From Clostridiales bacterium (lineage in GTDB: Bacteria > Bacillota > Clostridia > Lachnospirales > Lachnospiraceae), in the NCBI GenBank assembly GCA_020860565.1, contig JAJBUA010000028.1, positions 21,566 through 85,565 of the forward strand: 64,000 bases of DNA, in the 5' to 3' direction. The notes beneath the pieces were generated by a model. That model saw nothing but the letters and a program-made list of their open reading frames with translations, did no database searches and was not told where the DNA came from. Shown piece after piece: positions 37,392 through 47,493 of this stretch. Made by a program: the position numbers and the translations under genes. Position 1 is the stretch's first letter; each line of letters opens with the position of its first letter.

Positions 37392-38003
37392 ATGTGGACT
37401 TATGAGAAACGACTCCAGTTCCCGGTCAATATCCGGAAAACCTGCCCGAAAACCGCTTCTCTGATCATCAGTCAGTTTGGCGGTCCGGACGGAGAGATGG
37501 CTGCTTCCATGCGTTATCTTTCCCAGCGTTTTACGATGCCATGCAAGGAATGTGCCGGCCTGCTGACGGATATCGGTACGGAGGAACTGGCGCACCTGGA
37601 GATGGTTGGCGCCATCATCTACCAGCTTACGAAAAATATGAAACCGGAGGACGCAAAGGCTGCCGGATTTGACGCCTATTATATTGATCATACCGCCGGT
37701 GTCTGGCCGACCGCAGCAGCCGGCGTCCCCTTTAATGCCTGTGAATTCCAGTCTAAGGGGGATGCCATTACTGACCTCTATGAAGATATGGCTGCCGAAC
37801 AGAAGGCGCGCTCCACGTATGAAAACCTGATCCGGATTATCGATGACCCGGATGTTCTGGCTCCGCTTAAGTTTCTGCGGGAAAGGGAGATCGTGCACTT
37901 CCAGAGGTTTGGTGAGGCAATGGAGAAGATCAAGTCGCAGCTGGATGAGAGGAACTTCTATTACTTTAATCCGGAGTTTGATAAGCAGTTTGTGCTGAAT
38001 TAA
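37392..38003 (+). CDS. cotJC: Manganese catalase-family spore coat protein CotJC
   Basis: MWTYEKRLQFPV start. Di-metal ligand segments EMAASMRYLSQ and EELAHLEMVG; 203 aa. Confidence 0.9.
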   Translation: MWTYEKRLQFPVNIRKTCPKTASLIISQFGGPDGEMAASMRYLSQRFTMPCKECAGLLTDIGTEELAHLEMVGAIIYQLTKNMKPEDAKAAGFDAYYIDHTAGVWPTAAAGVPFNACEFQSKGDAITDLYEDMAAEQKARSTYENLIRIIDDPDVLAPLKFLREREIVHFQRFGEAMEKIKSQLDERNFYYFNPEFDKQFVLN

Positions 38004-38019
38004 GCAGCGGCAAAGCAGC

Positions 38020-38066
38020 AAAACAACAGCCCATTGGGAATGTCTTCCTTCTGGGCTGTTGTTTTT
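38020..38066 (+). terminator. Intrinsic terminator after cotJC
   Basis: A 14-bp perfect stem, AAAACAACAGCCCA / TGGGCTGTTGTTTT, running into a T tract. Confidence 0.85.
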
Positions 38067-38106
38067 ACCTTATCTTATCTGGCGCAAGGCTATTGTCGGA
38101 CAGTCC

Positions 38107-38250
38107 GTCCCTGAGAGGGAAACATATCCTCCGAGGACCGCTCTCGCTTAAGTTTTCACGTAGCGGTACTAAACTCACCGGAAAAGCATCCGGTTCGTTA
38201 AGTGCCGACGTGAAAAATGTCCTCTGCGGATATGTTTCCCTCTCAGGGAC
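38107..38250 (+). repeat. Extended-hairpin repeat element, copy B
   Basis: A 23-bp perfect basal stem, GTCCCTGAGAGGGAAACATATCC / GGATATGTTTCCCTCTCAGGGAC. The core is near-identical to copy A; the tip is replaced by ACCGGA-AAAGCA-TCCGGT. Confidence 0.85.
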
Positions 38251-38330
38251 TAATGTATTGGCATAATCTTATCAGAAATAGATTATATTGAATGCAACTG
38301 TCTTTAATAATTTAAAAGTTCTTTCCTACA

Positions 38331-40919
38331 TCACTCCACATACGCAATCAGCTTATCATGGTTCGCCGAGGTATCGATTACGATCACCTGTCCCTGATGG
38401 ATATTGCCCTGCAGAATGATCCTTGCGGCTAATGTTTCGACATTTTTCTGCAAATAGCGTCTGAGCGGCCGTGCGCCGTAGGTTGGGTCGTAGGCGTTTT
38501 CTGCGGTGAAGTTTTTCGCGTCGTCTGTAAGTTCTACGGTCAGTTCTTTATCCGCCAGCCGACGATTGATATCTGCCACCATCAGGTCGATGATGTGTGA
38601 TATGTCGTCTTTCGTCAGCGGTTTAAAGAGGATCGTCTCGTCCAGACGGTTAAGGAATTCCGGACGGAAGTGTTCTCTCAGCTCGCCCAGTACCATCTGC
38701 TCTGCCTCCGGACGGATGGTTCCGTCAGCGTCGATTCCATCCAGCAGGTACTGCGAACCGATGTTGGACGTCATGATCAGGATTGTATTTTTGAAATCGA
38801 CAGTCTTGCCAGTAGAATCGGTGATCCGACCGTCATCCAGTACCTGCAGCAGCACATTGAAGACATCCGGATGGGCTTTTTCTACTTCATCGAAAAGTAC
38901 TACGGAATATGGTTTTCTGCGTACTGCCTCGGTCAGCTGGCCGCCTTCTTCGTATCCGACATATCCTGGAGGCGCTCCGATCAGACGGGCAACGGAATGT
39001 TTCTCCATGTACTCGCTCATATCGATCCGCACGATGTTATTTTCATCGTCAAAAAGAACTTCCGCAAGTGCCTTGGCAAGCTCAGTTTTTCCGACACCGG
39101 TTGGACCGAGGAATAAGAAGGAACCGATCGGCTTGCTCGGATCTTTGATGCCTGCCTTGGATCTCAGGATCGCTTCGGTTACTTTTTGTACGCCTTCATC
39201 CTGGCCGACGACCCGTTTGTGCAGCTGTTCGTCCAGATGCAGGATCTTGCTGCGCTCGGATTCATTCAGCTTACTTACCGGGATACCGGTCCAGCGGGAG
39301 ATAATCCGTGCGATCTCATCCTCTGTGACGCTTTCATGCACCAGACTCAGATCCTGATTGCGGACTTTTTCTTCCTCCTGCTCCAGATCCTTCTGCAGCT
39401 GCGGCAGCTTGCCGTACTGGAGCTCAGCGGCTTTATTCAGGTCATAGGACTGCTGTGCCTGAGCGATATCGCGGTTGACCTGTTCAATCTCCTCGCGAAG
39501 TGACGACAGACGGTCTACACTGGCCTTTTCATTTTCCCACTGAGCCTTGCGAGACGCGAACTCATCATGCAGTTCCGCCAGATTTTTCTGCAGCTCTGCC
39601 AGACGTTCCTGACTCAGATGATCCGTTTCTTTCTTCAGCGCGGTCTCCTCGATCTCCATCTGCATGATCCGCCGGGAGAGCTCGTCCAGTTCGGTCGGCA
39701 TGGAGTCGAGCTCGGTCTTGATCAGCGCACATGCCTCATCGACCAGATCGATGGCCTTATCCGGCAGAAAACGGTCGCTGATATAGCGATCCGAGAGCGT
39801 TGCCGCCGCGACCAGTGCCGAATCGGTAATCTTTACTCCATGGAAGACCTCGTAGCGGTCCTTGATACCACGCAGGATTGAGATCGTATCCTCAACGCTC
39901 GGCTGATCCACCATAACCGGCTGGAACCGGCGTTCCAGCGCGGCGTCTTTCTCAATGTATTTGCGATACTCATCCAGTGTCGTCGCACCGATGCAGTGCA
40001 GCTCGCCGCGGGCAAGCATCGGCTTGAGCAGATTTCCGGCATCCATCGAGCCTTCGGTCTTGCCTGCGCCGACGATGGTATGCAACTCATCGATAAAGAG
40101 GATGATTTCTCCTTCGCTCTTTTTCACTTCCTCCAGAACCGCTTTCAGACGCTCCTCAAACTCTCCGCGGTACTTTGCACCTGCGATCAGCGCGCCCATA
40201 TCCAGAGAAAAGAGCTTGCGGTTCTTCAGCCCCTCCGGTACATCTCCGCGGACGATCCGCTGTGCCAGACCTTCCACGACGGCGGTCTTGCCGACGCCGG
40301 GTTCCCCGATCAGTACCGGATTATTCTTGGTCTTACGGGAGAGGATGCGGATCACATTGCGGATCTCACTGTCTCGGCCAATGACCGGATCGAGTTTCTG
40401 GCTGCGCGCCCGTTCTACCAGATCCTGACCATATTTTTCCAGAGTATCGTAGGTCGCCTCCGGGTTATCGCTTGTCACCCGCTGGTTCCCGCGGACCGTG
40501 GAAAGCGCCTGCAAAAAGGCGTCCCGCGTGATGCCGTACTGACGGAACAGTTCCCGCATCGTCCGGTCGGCATGTTTGATCATCGAGAGGAAGATATGTT
40601 CCACAGAAACATATTCATCCCCCATCGCGCGTGATTCGTCCTCCGCATTGATCAGGACTTTATTCAGATCATTGCTGATATAAACCTGTCCGCCGCTCAC
40701 TTTTGGCAGCGCAGCGAGTTTCTGCTCTGCCTCATTGGTAATCAATTCCTTTGTAATGCCCATCTTGGTCAGCAGTTTTAGGATCAGACTCTCTTCCAGC
40801 GTCAGCAGGCTGTAAAAGAGATGCTCCTGCTCGATCTGCTGGTTTCCGTATTCATATGCCAGCTTTTCACAGTTCTGCACCGCTTCCATGGACTTCTGTG
40901 TAAATTTCTGTATATTCAT
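38331..40919 (-). CDS. clpB: ATP-dependent chaperone ClpB
   Basis: Two AAA+ modules (GEPGVGKTA and [14 protein letters not shown]) with a long coiled-coil middle domain. Start at [10 protein letters not shown] after AGGAGG; the track ORF extends to 40967. Confidence 0.95.
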   Translation of the reverse strand: MNIQKFTQKSMEAVQNCEKLAYEYGNQQIEQEHLFYSLLTLEESLILKLLTKMGITKELITNEAEQKLAALPKVSGGQVYISNDLNKVLINAEDESRAMGDEYVSVEHIFLSMIKHADRTMRELFRQYGITRDAFLQALSTVRGNQRVTSDNPEATYDTLEKYGQDLVERARSQKLDPVIGRDSEIRNVIRILSRKTKNNPVLIGEPGVGKTAVVEGLAQRIVRGDVPEGLKNRKLFSLDMGALIAGAKYRGEFEERLKAVLEEVKKSEGEIILFIDELHTIVGAGKTEGSMDAGNLLKPMLARGELHCIGATTLDEYRKYIEKDAALERRFQPVMVDQPSVEDTISILRGIKDRYEVFHGVKITDSALVAAATLSDRYISDRFLPDKAIDLVDEACALIKTELDSMPTELDELSRRIMQMEIEETALKKETDHLSQERLAELQKNLAELHDEFASRKAQWENEKASVDRLSSLREEIEQVNRDIAQAQQSYDLNKAAELQYGKLPQLQKDLEQEEEKVRNQDLSLVHESVTEDEIARIISRWTGIPVSKLNESERSKILHLDEQLHKRVVGQDEGVQKVTEAILRSKAGIKDPSKPIGSFLFLGPTGVGKTELAKALAEVLFDDENNIVRIDMSEYMEKHSVARLIGAPPGYVGYEEGGQLTEAVRRKPYSVVLFDEVEKAHPDVFNVLLQVLDDGRITDSTGKTVDFKNTILIMTSNIGSQYLLDGIDADGTIRPEAEQMVLGELREHFRPEFLNRLDETILFKPLTKDDISHIIDLMVADINRRLADKELTVELTDDAKNFTAENAYDPTYGARPLRRYLQKNVETLAARIILQGNIHQGQVIVIDTSANHDKLIAYVE

Positions 40920-40955
40920 AAGACTGTGCCTCCTGTATCTCTTTGTTATACCCGA

Positions 40956-40984
40956 ACTATAACACATGTTGTTAGCACTGTCAA
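40956..40984 (-). promoter_or_regulatory. Sigma-A-like promoter of clpB
   Basis: The minus strand reads TTGACA (40984-40979), a 17-nt spacer, then TATAGT (40961-40956). The -35 lies inside the CIRCE spacer. Confidence 0.6.
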
Positions 40985-40998
40985 GCGGTGAGTGCTAA
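40972..40998 (-). promoter_or_regulatory. CIRCE element (HrcA operator)
   Basis: TTAGCACTG-N9-GAGTGCTAA, against the consensus TTAGCACTC-N9-GAGTGCTAA (17 of 18 arm positions). Confidence 0.85.
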
Positions 40999-41116
40999 TT
41001 TTTTTCGACGATCACGTTTTTTGCTCTGAAATACATAGACTTTTATTTTTCGCAAATTTTTGCAATCCATAGGCAAAAGTTCGTGCTAGTTCTACTGCAA
41101 AATACAGGTATGCACT

Positions 41117-41545
41117 TCATGCATGCTTCTCATACCACCGAAATACCAGGGACACCACCGCAAACCCAATCGCTATCGCAAAGATCGTTTCCGCTGTTGT
41201 GATCATATAAATTTTAAACTCCGGTATATTGCCGCTGAGAGCATATGACATCGTATAATATAAGCTGCCTCCGGGGATCATCGGCACGGTTGCCGGCGTC
41301 AGCAGGCAGGTAGTCGGCGCTTTTACGATCCTTGCCGCCAGATGTGCGTACAGACTGCAGAACGTCGCTGCGGCAAGGTTGGCAAAAAATCCGCCAGTCA
41401 GCGGACAGCTCGCCAGATAAATCATCCACGATATCGTCCCGTCAATCGCAATCAACATCCAGTATTTCTTTTTTGTGCCGAATACCATGGAAAATCCTAA
41501 GCTTCCGATAAAAGCAGTCGCCGTCTGCACCACCGCATTTGTCAT
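41117..41545 (-). CDS. Threonine/serine exporter family protein, small subunit (DUF3815-like)
   Basis: 142 aa with 4-5 TM segments. Overlaps the upstream ThrE-like gene by 4 nt, the usual pairing. Confidence 0.7.
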   Translation of the reverse strand: MTNAVVQTATAFIGSLGFSMVFGTKKKYWMLIAIDGTISWMIYLASCPLTGGFFANLAAATFCSLYAHLAARIVKAPTTCLLTPATVPMIPGGSLYYTMSYALSGNIPEFKIYMITTAETIFAIAIGFAVVSLVFRWYEKHA

Positions 41546-42321
41546 AACACGCCTCCCATAATCGTCGATGAAAGGATATAACCGCTCGCGATACTCGCCG
41601 CGATTAACAGGGATTCCACAAACCGCAGGAGTCCGGTAATGATCTCGCCGGTTAGCATGTCCCGCACTGAATAGGTGATCGCTATTCCCGGTATCGTCAG
41701 CATGATACAGCCGATCAGCATCTTATCCAGATTCATCGGAATACCCATATCCGCGGACACTCGTACCAGCAGACTGCCGGCAAACCCGGTTACAACAGAG
41801 AATACAAAATAATACACGAGTTCATTATCACTCTTCGTATGGATATGGCGGTTCATCACAGTAATCAGACAGGCCAGCACTGCCGTAGCCGCCGCGTCCG
41901 CCAGACTGCCGCCAAAAAACACTGTAAAACCGCTCGCCGCCAGAATTGCCCCCACATAAGCAATCAGGACACCCTTTTTTCTCTCTTCACGATCGGTCTC
42001 ATCCCAATCCGCAATCATCCTTTCAATCTCTTCCGGGTTCGGTTTCCGCGCACAGATATCCCTCGACATCTGATTCAGTTCCTCAAGCCCTGCCAGGTCA
42101 GTCCCCCACTGATAAACGCGACGAAGTTGATTGTACACCTGCCCGTTAGCGTCTACCGCCGTTACCTGTATCTGAGACGTAATTGTAAATACATCCACCC
42201 GCACAAAACCATAGGCGCGCAGAATCCTGCTGATCGTGTCCTCCACGCGGCTGACCTCACCGCCGGTCCGCAGCATCCTCTCGCCAAGATCCAGTGTCCT
42301 TCCCAGCAATTTTCCATTCAT
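41542..42321 (-). CDS. Threonine/serine exporter family protein, large subunit (ThrE/DUF1212-like)
   Basis: Soluble N-domain (LDLGERMLRTGGEVSRVEDTI) followed by TM segments. Start at MNGKLLG after AGGAG; the track ORF extends to 42393. Confidence 0.7.
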   Translation of the reverse strand: MNGKLLGRTLDLGERMLRTGGEVSRVEDTISRILRAYGFVRVDVFTITSQIQVTAVDANGQVYNQLRRVYQWGTDLAGLEELNQMSRDICARKPNPEEIERMIADWDETDREERKKGVLIAYVGAILAASGFTVFFGGSLADAAATAVLACLITVMNRHIHTKSDNELVYYFVFSVVTGFAGSLLVRVSADMGIPMNLDKMLIGCIMLTIPGIAITYSVRDMLTGEIITGLLRFVESLLIAASIASGYILSSTIMGGVL

Positions 42322-42567
42322 CACAATTACTCCTGCTGTCCGTTTCTTCTCACTTTCATCACTGATTGTTTTCCCCATCCATAGACAGTTCATGCCAGTT
42401 GTCCGATCACCAACTGATTCATGTCCTGGTCAGTATCTTTCCAGACGTAATCATACCATATTTTACATTTTCTTCAACTTGTATATTTATCATCCTGCGA
42501 TTCCCGGTTAGCATCCTTAGCATTTCCATTTGTACTTTCCCCTTTTTTATCGTATGATAAAGGTGAG

Positions 42568-43485
42568 GTGATAAAAATAGATTTCATGAAAATTCATTTA
42601 CTCGTACATAAAAAAAATCTCGTCACACTTCTTCCCACTTTCCTGATGGTGATACTCACTCTCGTTTCCTGCACTTCCACAGAAACCGACAGCAGCACCG
42701 CACAGGAAACCGCGGAGATTACCATCACGGTAGATGATCCGCTGACCATGACCTTCGTCGATGCCCACGATAATACCTATCAGATGGAAATTGATCCGGA
42801 TGTCGCTCCTAATTCTTATGTTCCTGACTGCTTTATCCGCAGCGGAGACCGGCTCTCTTATGAGGATGCGCAAACCACTTCCCGCATCGGTCTTGACGTT
42901 TCCTATTATCAGGGGGATATTGACTGGGAGCGGGTAAAAGCCGACGAAATGGAGTTTGTTATCCTGAGACTCGGATACCGCGGGTATGGATCCGCGGGAA
43001 GCCTGAATGTCGATTCCAGCTTCTCTGATAATCTGAAAGGAGCACAGCAGGCAGGACTGGATGTGGGCGTATATTTCTTTTCTCAGGCCGTCAACGAAGA
43101 GGAAGCCATCGAAGAAGCACAGTTTGTCATAAACTGCCTGGACGGACAGGATCTGCAACTGCCGATCGTCTTTGATCCGGAACATGTAACTGGTGTGGAA
43201 TCGCGTGTCAATACTGTAACCCGCGAACAATTTACCCAAAACGCCATCGCATTCTGCGATACCGTTCAGGATGCCGGATACGACGCCATGATTTACTGTA
43301 ATATGATCTGGCAAGCATACTGGCTTGACCTGAAAGAGCTGGCAGACTATTCGATCTGGTACGCGGACTATCAGCCGCTCCCGCAGACGCCTTATAATTT
43401 TGCGTTCTGGCAGTATACGGAGAGCGGACGGGTGGATGGGATCAGCGGGGATGTTGATCTGAATATTCAAATAATCCGAAAATAA
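42568..43485 (+). CDS. GH25 muramidase (lysozyme), lipoprotein-type signal
   Basis: GLDVSYYQGDIDW and VILRLGYRGYG motifs with a lipobox-like LTLVSCTS. The start may be the Met at 42586. Confidence 0.85.
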   Translation: MIKIDFMKIHLLVHKKNLVTLLPTFLMVILTLVSCTSTETDSSTAQETAEITITVDDPLTMTFVDAHDNTYQMEIDPDVAPNSYVPDCFIRSGDRLSYEDAQTTSRIGLDVSYYQGDIDWERVKADEMEFVILRLGYRGYGSAGSLNVDSSFSDNLKGAQQAGLDVGVYFFSQAVNEEEAIEEAQFVINCLDGQDLQLPIVFDPEHVTGVESRVNTVTREQFTQNAIAFCDTVQDAGYDAMIYCNMIWQAYWLDLKELADYSIWYADYQPLPQTPYNFAFWQYTESGRVDGISGDVDLNIQIIRK

Positions 43486-43589
43486 CCCCGCCGCATAATT
43501 CCGCATCCGCCCGTGCGCATACAAAAACGGTACGGCAATCGTATTTTCCCCGATTCCGTACCGCAACTTTAGTTTTCCCTGCGCTTCTG

Positions 43590-44957
43590 TCAATGAACAA
43601 TCAATGCACCGTATCCCTTTTTTCCGACGACAGCACCGCCTGCCGCCATAAGTGCTCCTCTGACCCATGTCGCCACGGGAAGTCCCGTGCCGGTCATTCC
43701 CTCAAAAGCGGAGATTTTATTTTTGTAATACAGACTCTCCGCCTTTATCTCCCACTCTTGTTTCGAATCTATCATCACCATATCCGCGTCAAATCCTGGA
43801 AGCAGCGCACCCTTCTTTCCCCATAATCCGAAAGCTTTTGCCGGGTTTTCACTCATAACACGCGTCAGCACAGCAGGCGCCAGACCGCGCTTCATACATC
43901 CTTCACTGAAAACCGCCTGAAAACAACTCTGAATACCACTGATCCCTCCCCACACGTCAAACACGTTGTCAATCCTTCTCCCCATGAGGGAAACATGTTT
44001 TTCCTCCCATGTACACGGGGAATGATCGCTGGCAATGCCGCTGAATGTTCCATCCGCCACGTAATCCCAGAGCTGTTCCCGCTCTTCCTTTGATCGCAAT
44101 GGCGGCGCGCATTTATATAACGGTCCTTTCTCTGTCAGATCATCTTCCGTGAAGCACAGATAATGAGCACAGGTTTCCGCGGTAACGTCTATTCCCTGTT
44201 TTTGTGCCTCTTTAATCTTCTGCGCGACATCCGGACTGCTGACATGACAGATATGTGCCTTACAACCGGTTGACCTGGCAATCTCGATAACAGCCAGCGT
44301 GGCAATCATCTCGGCGGATACCGGCCGCGAATCTAAAAAAGCCTGCCAATCCAGCCGTCCCTGTTCCTTCATTCGCTTTTCCAGCCACTGAATCATCGAC
44401 ATATCTTCACAGTGAAAACCAGCCCTTCCATTAAGGCTGTGGATTATTTTCATTGCTTCATATGCCTGACCATAACTCAGCGGTGCATAATCAGAAGAAA
44501 CCGGCCCCAGAAAAGATTTAAATGCCATACAACCCTTTTTGCGTAATTCCTTCAGGTTATTAAAATTATCCGGTACCAAACCTCCCCAAAAGCAATAATC
44601 AACATATGCATTAGGGCTTACCGTGTTCTCCTTTTTATCAAAAAGCGCCGCCGTTGTCATCGCGGGATCATTCTGTAACGGCATATCCATAACTGTGGTA
44701 TACCCGCCCACAGCAGCTGCAGCCGTTCCATGTTCATAATCCTCCCGCCATGTATATCCAGGATCATTCAAATGCGCGTGAGTATCAATTGCTCCCGGGA
44801 AGAGATAGCATCCTCTCCCATCGATAATCTCTTCTGCGTCGACACTCTCACCGGACAGAAGAAGGGAAGATATCTTCCCGTTTTCAACGGCAAGTCCCCC
44901 TTCCCTCACTTCTTCCGGCAAAACCAGATTTACATTTTTAATCAATAAGTCTGCCAT
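43590..44957 (-). CDS. Cyclic amidohydrolase (allantoinase/dihydropyrimidinase/dihydroorotase superfamily)
   Basis: Metal ligands DTHAH, the carbamyl-Lys context AFKSF, plus HCED, HICHVSS and SDHSP; 455 aa. The exact subfamily cannot be resolved by eye. Confidence 0.8.
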   Translation of the reverse strand: MADLLIKNVNLVLPEEVREGGLAVENGKISSLLLSGESVDAEEIIDGRGCYLFPGAIDTHAHLNDPGYTWREDYEHGTAAAAVGGYTTVMDMPLQNDPAMTTAALFDKKENTVSPNAYVDYCFWGGLVPDNFNNLKELRKKGCMAFKSFLGPVSSDYAPLSYGQAYEAMKIIHSLNGRAGFHCEDMSMIQWLEKRMKEQGRLDWQAFLDSRPVSAEMIATLAVIEIARSTGCKAHICHVSSPDVAQKIKEAQKQGIDVTAETCAHYLCFTEDDLTEKGPLYKCAPPLRSKEEREQLWDYVADGTFSGIASDHSPCTWEEKHVSLMGRRIDNVFDVWGGISGIQSCFQAVFSEGCMKRGLAPAVLTRVMSENPAKAFGLWGKKGALLPGFDADMVMIDSKQEWEIKAESLYYKNKISAFEGMTGTGLPVATWVRGALMAAGGAVVGKKGYGALIVH

Positions 44958-45895
44958 TAGTCTTTCTTTAACCCCAATTGCACAGCCGCATAATCAAATG
45001 GTTTTGAATCTACAATTTCATCATACGGAATGACATCATCAATCACATGTCCTGACACCAGAAATCTCTGCCATCTGTTCAGTTCATCCTCCTGGATACG
45101 GACAGTTTCCGGCCACATATTCTGAACCTTATATTCATCAATAATGGCAATCGCTTTTTCCAGTTCAACCTTTGGCCAGTTCCGCTGCAAAATCTCCCTA
45201 CAGTCATAACCATCATGTTCACGCAGCCATGTCTGTGCCATCTGCAGTCCCTGTGTAAAACGCCCGCACAAATTCCTTTGATCCGCCAGCGTTTCCGGCG
45301 TCGTATAATAAACACTCCACGGAACCGCACCTCCTGTAATCGTCAGGTCTGTAAGGACATACCCTTTTCCCTGCGCCTCCAACTGAGACGCCAGATCTGA
45401 TTTGATCATAATAACGTCGCCAAATCCGCCGATAAATAATTCCTGAAGCATCGCAATGGTAAAATCATGAATAAAATGGATTTTGGAAACATCAGCACCA
45501 CCTTCGCCCGCAATACCAGCCAGATACAGTCCCGGACTTGCCCCATTTCCCCCGGAAGTAAGCACTTTCTTTCCTTCCAAATCGCTCCAGGTAAAATTTT
45601 CAACTGGCTCATGAGACAACAACGACATCGGACAGCGTGACGCTACTTTTGCGAACGCATAATAATCCCCGGCTCTGCGCTTATAAATCAACGGACACCA
45701 GATACCGCCCACGACAGCCTCCGCTTGGTTCGTATTAATATCTGTAAGCACTGTGGTCCACGGATGCGGTACATAAGACGTAACTTTCAGACCCAGCTGT
45801 TCAAAATACCCCAATTCAACCGCCAGATATTCCGGCATGTAATTCATAGAAAGACCGGTTGCTGAAATGTGAAATCGATCAAGTGTTTTTTCCAT
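44957..45895 (-). CDS. NMT1/THI5-like periplasmic-binding-protein-fold protein without signal peptide
   Basis: 312 aa starting MEKTLDRFHISATG, with no hydrophobic leader or lipobox. The stop overlaps the next start as TAATG. Confidence 0.6.
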   Translation of the reverse strand: MEKTLDRFHISATGLSMNYMPEYLAVELGYFEQLGLKVTSYVPHPWTTVLTDINTNQAEAVVGGIWCPLIYKRRAGDYYAFAKVASRCPMSLLSHEPVENFTWSDLEGKKVLTSGGNGASPGLYLAGIAGEGGADVSKIHFIHDFTIAMLQELFIGGFGDVIMIKSDLASQLEAQGKGYVLTDLTITGGAVPWSVYYTTPETLADQRNLCGRFTQGLQMAQTWLREHDGYDCREILQRNWPKVELEKAIAIIDEYKVQNMWPETVRIQEDELNRWQRFLVSGHVIDDVIPYDEIVDSKPFDYAAVQLGLKKD

Positions 45896-45943
45896 ATCTG
45901 TCGTCCTCCTCTAATTAAAATAGTATTCTGGTAGTCACTTTGC

Positions 45944-47263
45944 TTAATTTGCCTTCTTTTTCTTCGCAATCAGAATAATCATCAGAACCCCCGATACGAC
46001 AATAAAGAGCGCGTCAATTCCCAGAAGCGTCCAGACGCTCGTCAGAATCACAGCCGGCAAAATCGGAGTTAACAGATTATTCCACCAGAAGATAGCGTTG
46101 TACACGCCATGAGCCTGCGGTGCGCAGCACTCGGAATCCGGATCAACCGCGCGAACCAGAGCCAGACCATTCGGGCTGGATCCTGTGCAGGTTCCGATCA
46201 CCATCAGACATTTTTCAAACCACTCGGGGTTTCCCACTTTCCGGAAAAACCAGAGACAGAAGACGGTAGTTAATGCACAGATCACCACGATGTTGACCAG
46301 AAGCGGCAGCCAGTATTTTGTAAGGATATCCAGACTCAGACTGGAAATAGCCGTTACAATCAGAATCTCCAGGCAAAATCCGCTAATATTATTCAATGTC
46401 TTCTTATCCACATACTGATCCACATGTACTTTACGCATAACCGGCCACATAATCAGGCCGCCTACCATACCATAAAGCATAGCGTTGATTTTGGAAAGAA
46501 CCGGAATAAACCGAACCAGAATCGTAAAAATGCCAAGGCCCAGCGCGTAGCAAACCATAATCAGCCCCAATTGAAACGCCAGTGGGTTAACAGCGACAGT
46601 CGTTGTTGTACAGTGCCCGATCGGTTCCTTTTTATCCGCAGGCAGGATACCACCATAAAAATAATCAGGCTGTTTTTCCGGATTCTTCACAAAGGTTGTC
46701 CATCCCTTACGTACACCATAATTGACAACCGCCATACCAACAACCATAGACCAGATCAGTCCGCCCGTAGCCAACACCATGCCAATATCTACGGCTCCCT
46801 GAACACCCATTTCTTCCAGCACCCCACCGGCGGCCGCAGCATTTCCGTGGCTTCCAAAATAGGCAAACGTACTCAGAATACCCCAGCCCTCCGGCATCCC
46901 CGGGATAATGTTTTCGAAAAACAGCATTAACAGCACGCCAATCATCATCTGCGCGCCGTACAGAAAAATGTTGGTGAGTGTATAATCCAGATGCTCTAAC
47001 ATTTTACTTGCATTTACATTGATGCCCAACACGACACAGGTCATGATAATCCTCATCAGAATTCCGTTAAAACTGGCAAACGATTCCGGGATCGTAATAA
47101 CCCCCAGAACCTGCTCCCCGAGAATAAGCCCAATGACACCTCCGATAACGGAGGCCGGCAAAAACAGCTTCTGCAGTGGTTTGCAGTAAGAACGAACCAC
47201 AAAACCGGCAATTAAAAGCAGGCTCATCAGCATAATATCCTGAAATAAAGATGCTAGTGTCAT
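45944..47263 (-). CDS. GltS-like (sodium/glutamate symporter family) permease
   Basis: 439 aa with about 10-12 TM segments. The general layout and the IGTCTGSSPNGLALV segment resemble the GltS family. The family call is tentative. Confidence 0.5.
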   Translation of the reverse strand: MTLASLFQDIMLMSLLLIAGFVVRSYCKPLQKLFLPASVIGGVIGLILGEQVLGVITIPESFASFNGILMRIIMTCVVLGINVNASKMLEHLDYTLTNIFLYGAQMMIGVLLMLFFENIIPGMPEGWGILSTFAYFGSHGNAAAAGGVLEEMGVQGAVDIGMVLATGGLIWSMVVGMAVVNYGVRKGWTTFVKNPEKQPDYFYGGILPADKKEPIGHCTTTTVAVNPLAFQLGLIMVCYALGLGIFTILVRFIPVLSKINAMLYGMVGGLIMWPVMRKVHVDQYVDKKTLNNISGFCLEILIVTAISSLSLDILTKYWLPLLVNIVVICALTTVFCLWFFRKVGNPEWFEKCLMVIGTCTGSSPNGLALVRAVDPDSECCAPQAHGVYNAIFWWNNLLTPILPAVILTSVWTLLGIDALFIVVSGVLMIILIAKKKKAN

Positions 47264-47417
47264 AAATGATCTCCTCCTAAACTAAAATAATTTTAATGGT
47301 CCCCCTGAAGAGACACGCCGCGTGCTGCCATTCCAACTTCGCCTTGCATAATCCGCATTGAAAATTCCTATAGAAAACAATCCCTTTTGTTCCATAGGGC
47401 ACACTTTTCTATGAAAC

Positions 47418-47458
47418 AAAAAAAAGCGGCACAAAGAACTCCCATACGTCCTTGTACC
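47418..47458 (-). terminator. Intrinsic terminator-like hairpin inside the operon leader
   Basis: The minus strand reads GGTACAAGGA, an 11-nt loop, then TCTTTGTGCC (10 bp, two G-U), followed by GC and T8. Confidence 0.55.
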
Positions 47459-47493
47459 TCTGATTTCGAATTTTCAATATGCAATTATGTTTT

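Noticed and set aside
37374-38021. 215-aa minus-strand ORF.
   Set aside because: It is antisense to cotJC (manganese-catalase motifs present on the plus strand) and has no motifs of its own.
33832-38250. Hairpin repeat copies interpreted as integron attC sites, MITE ends or plain intrinsic terminators.
   Set aside because: - attC: no R'/R'' GTTRRRY-type boxes, no integrase, and the flanked segment is multi-gene and bidirectional.
- MITE: the terminal arms differ between copies instead of being conserved, and I see no target-site duplication or transposase.
- Terminator: no U tract follows, and cotJC has its own terminator.

None of these can be fully excluded without genome-wide copies.
42598-43668. 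356-aa minus-strand ORF.
   Set aside because: It is antisense to the GH25 muramidase gene and runs into the amidohydrolase gene end. It has no recognisable motifs or RBS, so I treat it as a shadow ORF.
47264-47417. Possible TPP or other known riboswitch in the leader of the operon containing the NMT1/THI5-like gene.
   Set aside because: I could not find the conserved TPP elements (CTGAGA with an ACCTGATCTGGATAATGCCAGCG-like partner). I cannot recall the NMT1-motif consensus well enough to test it by eye, so it is left as a cmscan check rather than a claim.
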